From: Longimicrobiales bacterium
Lineage (GTDB): Bacteria; Gemmatimonadota; Gemmatimonadetes; Longimicrobiales; Gaopeijiaceae
DNA length: 35,307 nt
Assembly: GCA_029941275.1 (NCBI GenBank)
Contig: JAPYQK010000001.1
Span: 19,205-54,511, forward strand
Reading direction: 5' to 3'
Of this stretch, positions 32,273 to 35,307 are shown one piece after another. The notes beneath the pieces are model-generated. The model worked only from the letters and a program-made list of their open reading frames with translations. It had not been told where the DNA came from and did no database searches. The number at the start of each line of letters is the position of its first letter. Position 1 is the first letter of the stretch. The position numbers were made by a program, and so were the translations under genes.

Positions 32273-33733
32273 TCAGGCCAAGACGCCCCGCACCACCTCC
32301 CCAGCAACATCGGTCAGTCGGAAATCCCGGCCTTGGAATTGGTATGTGAGCTTGGTGTGGTCGACGCCGAGCAAGTGAAGAACAGTCGCGTGTAAGTCGT
32401 GTACGTGCACGGGGTTACGAACAATGTTGTACGAAAAGTCGTCAGTCTCTCCGTAGGACATACCGGGCTGCACCCCACCGCCGGCCATCCAGATCGTGAA
32501 GCAACGCGGATGGTGGTCGCGTCCGTAGACCTCTTCGGTGAACCGGCCTTGGCAGTAGACGCTCCGCCCGAACTCACCACCCCACACAACCAGCGTGTCG
32601 TCGAGTAGACCCCGCTCCTTCAAGTCCGTGACCAGCGCGGCCTGAGGCTGGTCGACGTCGCGAGCCTGGTTGCGGATGCCGCTCGGGAGCCGGGTGTGTT
32701 GGTCCCACCCCCTGTGGAAGAGCTGTATGAAACGCACGTCCCGCTCGGCCAGCCGGCGGGCAAGCAGGCAGTTTCGGGCAAAGGATCCAGGCCTTCTGGA
32801 ATCCGGACCGTACCGCTCGAACGTACTATCCGGCTCGTCCGACAAATCGGTCAGCTCTGGCACCGAAGTCTGCATACGGTAGGCCATTTCGTACTGGGCG
32901 ATGCGCGTGCTCGTCTCGGGATCTCCGAAATCGTCACGGGTCTGCTGGTTGAGCGTCGCCAAGTCGTCCAGGAAGCGGCGGCGTGTGTTCTCGTCTACGC
33001 CGGGAGGGTTCGACAAGAAAAGCACTGGGTCGCCGGTCGGGAGGAACTTCACACCCTGATGTTCGGTCGGGAGGAATCCGCTGCCCCACAGCCGGTCGTA
33101 AAGCGGCTGCCCGCCGTTACCCGAGCCGATGGAGACCATCGCGACGAAAGTCGGCAGATCTTGGTTCATACTGCCGAGCCCGTACGAGAGCCACGCGCCG
33201 ATGCTGGGCCGTCCCGCGAGCTGCGCGCCAGTCTGGAAAAACGTGATGCCCGGGTCGTGGTTGATAGCCTCCGTGTGCATCGACTTGATGAAGCAGAGGT
33301 CGTCGGCGATGGCCGCGGTGTAGGGCATCAACTCGCTGATCCACGCCTGCGATTGGCCGTACTGGCTGAATTCGTAGACCGACGGGACAATGGGCAGGTT
33401 CTGCTGGGCCGCCGTCATAGTGGTCAGGCGCTGATCACCGCGCACCGATGGAGGTAAGTCGGTCCCGGACAACCGGGCGAGGCTCGGCTTGTAGTCGAAC
33501 AATTCGTGCTGGGATGGCGCACCCGACTGGAACAGATAAATGACGCGTTTGGCTTTTGGGGCGAAGTGAGGAAGACCGGGAAGGCCGGGAGCCTCCTGCG
33601 GCCTCGCCAGCGCCTGGGCACCGAGATCCTCGTTGAACAACGTGGCCAGCGCAGCCACACCCACACCTGTGCTGGCCATCTCGAGAAAATGCCGGCGAGT
33701 GAGAAGCCACTCGTAGTCGAGAATTGGATCCAT
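32273..33733 (-). CDS. DUF1501 domain protein (sulfatase/alkaline-phosphatase-superfamily-like) with twin-arginine signal
   Basis: 486-aa ORF with AAGGGA 8 nt upstream. [33 protein letters not shown] is the canonical DUF1501 Tat N-terminus. C-terminal GGEFGR...DHHP and [13 protein letters not shown] segments. Confidence 0.88.
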   Translation of the reverse strand: MDPILDYEWLLTRRHFLEMASTGVGVAALATLFNEDLGAQALARPQEAPGLPGLPHFAPKAKRVIYLFQSGAPSQHELFDYKPSLARLSGTDLPPSVRGDQRLTTMTAAQQNLPIVPSVYEFSQYGQSQAWISELMPYTAAIADDLCFIKSMHTEAINHDPGITFFQTGAQLAGRPSIGAWLSYGLGSMNQDLPTFVAMVSIGSGNGGQPLYDRLWGSGFLPTEHQGVKFLPTGDPVLFLSNPPGVDENTRRRFLDDLATLNQQTRDDFGDPETSTRIAQYEMAYRMQTSVPELTDLSDEPDSTFERYGPDSRRPGSFARNCLLARRLAERDVRFIQLFHRGWDQHTRLPSGIRNQARDVDQPQAALVTDLKERGLLDDTLVVWGGEFGRSVYCQGRFTEEVYGRDHHPRCFTIWMAGGGVQPGMSYGETDDFSYNIVRNPVHVHDLHATVLHLLGVDHTKLTYQFQGRDFRLTDVAGEVVRGVLA

Positions 33734-33822
33734 CGTTTCAATCCCTTGTGGTTCGGCGCCCTTGATTCAGTCCGTCGGAATCAAAGGCCCTCGATCGAGT
33801 CTCTCTGACGAGTCCTTTGTGA

Positions 33823-35307
33823 TCAGTCCCGAGTAATCGTCGCGTCCAGGTTCAAGATCAGGCTTGCCACCATTTGATACGAGGCGAGCTCGGCGATATC
33901 CAACGCTTCGTTGCGATGCGACTCCCCGACACTCACGAGGGCCAGCGCCGCCGCCCGATCGGCCTGATACCGATCGAAATGTCCGCGGAAGGCCTCCGCG
34001 AGGACCGATCGTGTTTCGGGTGCCGGTTCATGCGCGGTCGCCAACCGGTACATGTAGGAAACACTCTCGTCGACGGTCGTGCCTTCCGACATCGCCCGTT
34101 CCGCCAACGCGCGCGCCGCTTCGGCGTACGTGACGTCGTTCATCAAATTCAGCGCCTGAAGCGGCGTATTGGTTCTGGTCGGGCTCAGTATGTGGACTTC
34201 GCGTGTCGACGAGTCGAAGGTCACCATGGCGGGCGGCCCACGCGTTCGTTTCCAAAAGGTGTACAGGCTCCTGCGGTACAGATCCTCGCCCTCGGACTGG
34301 CGGTAGACCTGGCCCCGTTCCACGATGTCGTCCCAAAGCCCGTCCGGCTGGTACGGACCCACCGAAGGACCGCCCAGACGCTCGGAGAGCAAGCCAGACA
34401 CTGCCAGGGCCTGGTCGCGGATCATCTGCGCGGGCAAACGTACTCGGGTTCCCCGTGCCAGTAGCCGATTCTCGGGGTCCCTCTCGAGCAGCTCCGGGGT
34501 GACCGCTGACGACTGACGATACGTGGCGCTGGTCACGATCGTGCGCTGCATCTCTTTGATGTCCCAGCCGGAGTCGATAAACGTGGTCGCCAGCCAGTCG
34601 AGCAGCTCCGGATGGCTGGGAAACTCGCCCTGTGCCCCGAAGTTGTCGGCAGACTTCACCAAGCCGGCCCCGAAGTACATCTGCCAAAAACGATTGACCG
34701 TGACGCGCGCGGGGAGCGGGTTCGCCGGATCCATAAGCCAGCGAGCGAAGGAGAGGCGGTTCTTCTCCTGGTCTTCCGGGAGCGGCGGCAGCACCGATGG
34801 CACATCCGGCGTTACCGGTTCGCCGGGGTTGTCGTATGCGCCTCGGATGAGCCGGAACGCATCACGCCTCGGCTCCAGCTCCTCCATGACCATGACTGTC
34901 GGGAAACTCTTCCAGAGCTCGTCACGTTGCCTTTCAAGCTCTTTGACTTCGCGGAAAGCACGCTGGATATCGGAGGGGGCGTACTGATTGAGGAAGCTCA
35001 GGCGGAGCTTATTGGCCTGCGCCGAGGTCCTCTGCCCGGCAGTAAGCGCCGCGATCTCACTGATGGATTCCGTCGTCGCCACCACCGCCGCTTCTGCAGG
35101 CGTGAGGACAGCACCGTAAATACGAACATCGTCGATGTTACCCTCGAAGTTCGGCTTCGAAGAACCGCTGGCCCCGATACGGAGCGGCTGGCGCGTTGGA
35201 AGCCGATTTCCGACGAGATCGAGCAAGCTAGTGTGCTCCCACGGGAGGCCGTCCACATAGAAGTGCATGCCGCCCGGTGCCATCGACCCGTCATAGCTCA
35301 CGAGCAC
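33823..35307 (-). CDS. DUF1553/PSD1-domain protein with LamG-like domain (5' end outside window)
   Basis: Open to the window edge (494 codons seen). NFEGNIDDVRIYGAVLTPAEAA is the end of a LamG/concanavalin-like domain. NRFWQMYFGAGLVKSADNFGAQGEFPSHPELLDWLA and TSATYRQSS are DUF1553 (PSD1) hallmarks. It is followed by DUF1501, the usual partner. Confidence 0.85.
   Translation of the reverse strand: MLVSYDGSMAPGGMHFYVDGLPWEHTSLLDLVGNRLPTRQPLRIGASGSSKPNFEGNIDDVRIYGAVLTPAEAAVVATTESISEIAALTAGQRTSAQANKLRLSFLNQYAPSDIQRAFREVKELERQRDELWKSFPTVMVMEELEPRRDAFRLIRGAYDNPGEPVTPDVPSVLPPLPEDQEKNRLSFARWLMDPANPLPARVTVNRFWQMYFGAGLVKSADNFGAQGEFPSHPELLDWLATTFIDSGWDIKEMQRTIVTSATYRQSSAVTPELLERDPENRLLARGTRVRLPAQMIRDQALAVSGLLSERLGGPSVGPYQPDGLWDDIVERGQVYRQSEGEDLYRRSLYTFWKRTRGPPAMVTFDSSTREVHILSPTRTNTPLQALNLMNDVTYAEAARALAERAMSEGTTVDESVSYMYRLATAHEPAPETRSVLAEAFRGHFDRYQADRAAALALVSVGESHRNEALDIAELASYQMVASLILNLDATITRD

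Noticed and set aside
33759-33787. Hairpin ttgattc/gaatcaa between the DUF1553 and DUF1501 genes
   Set aside because: It has only a 7-bp AT-rich stem, with extension possible only through a mismatch. That is too weak to call a terminator or regulatory element; it is mentioned only in the pair finding.
1-35307. Search for CRISPR-like direct repeats, IS ends/transposases, integrases, toxin-antitoxin pairs and defence ATPases/nucleases
   Set aside because: None was recognised. The only sizeable DNA repeat is the intragenic tandem duplication at 19350-21059. A computational self dot plot would be needed to exclude short dispersed repeats.

Overview
High-GC bacterial chromosomal window. I recognise no rRNA, tRNA, CRISPR array, transposase, integrase or phage gene. 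About 25 apparently intact CDSs tile it, and many carry Sec, lipoprotein or twin-arginine signals, so this is mostly envelope/periplasmic enzymology. Recognisable products: Tat-type dienelactone hydrolase, ASST-type arylsulfotransferase propeller, DhaA-like haloalkane dehalogenase, family III CoA-transferase, secreted metallophosphoesterase, signal-bearing SDR, metzincin protease coupled to a UPF0104/LPG-synthase-TM membrane protein, Nudix hydrolase, MDR quinone oxidoreductase, PNPOx-like flavoprotein and an S9 peptidase. The most interesting function-unknown modules are: (i) 12779-17552, three exported genes (a CarboxypepD_reg + CxxCH + propeller protein, a mono-haem cytochrome c fused to a PHM/DBH-like copper monooxygenase fold, and a tightly abutted secreted partner), closed by a perfect 11-bp hairpin; (ii) 21448-27720, a four-gene exported operon (DUF1592-type protein, Tat DUF1552, 591-aa periplasmic ankyrin protein, small secreted protein); (iii) 19347-21158, a secreted protein made of two tandem creatininase-like domains joined by a Gly/Ala linker; (iv) a second planctomycete-type pair (DUF1553/PSD1 + Tat DUF1501) at the right edge. 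Several decayed genes are interspersed: a frameshifted tatC, a frameshifted CheY-like receiver, VOC and lipoprotein relics, and a short DinB. Two of them still keep ATGA start/stop overlaps with intact neighbours. The taxon cannot be fixed from sequence alone; the DUF pairs are typical of Planctomycetota, Verrucomicrobiota, Acidobacteriota and Gemmatimonadota. All family calls come from motif recognition by eye, not from searches.
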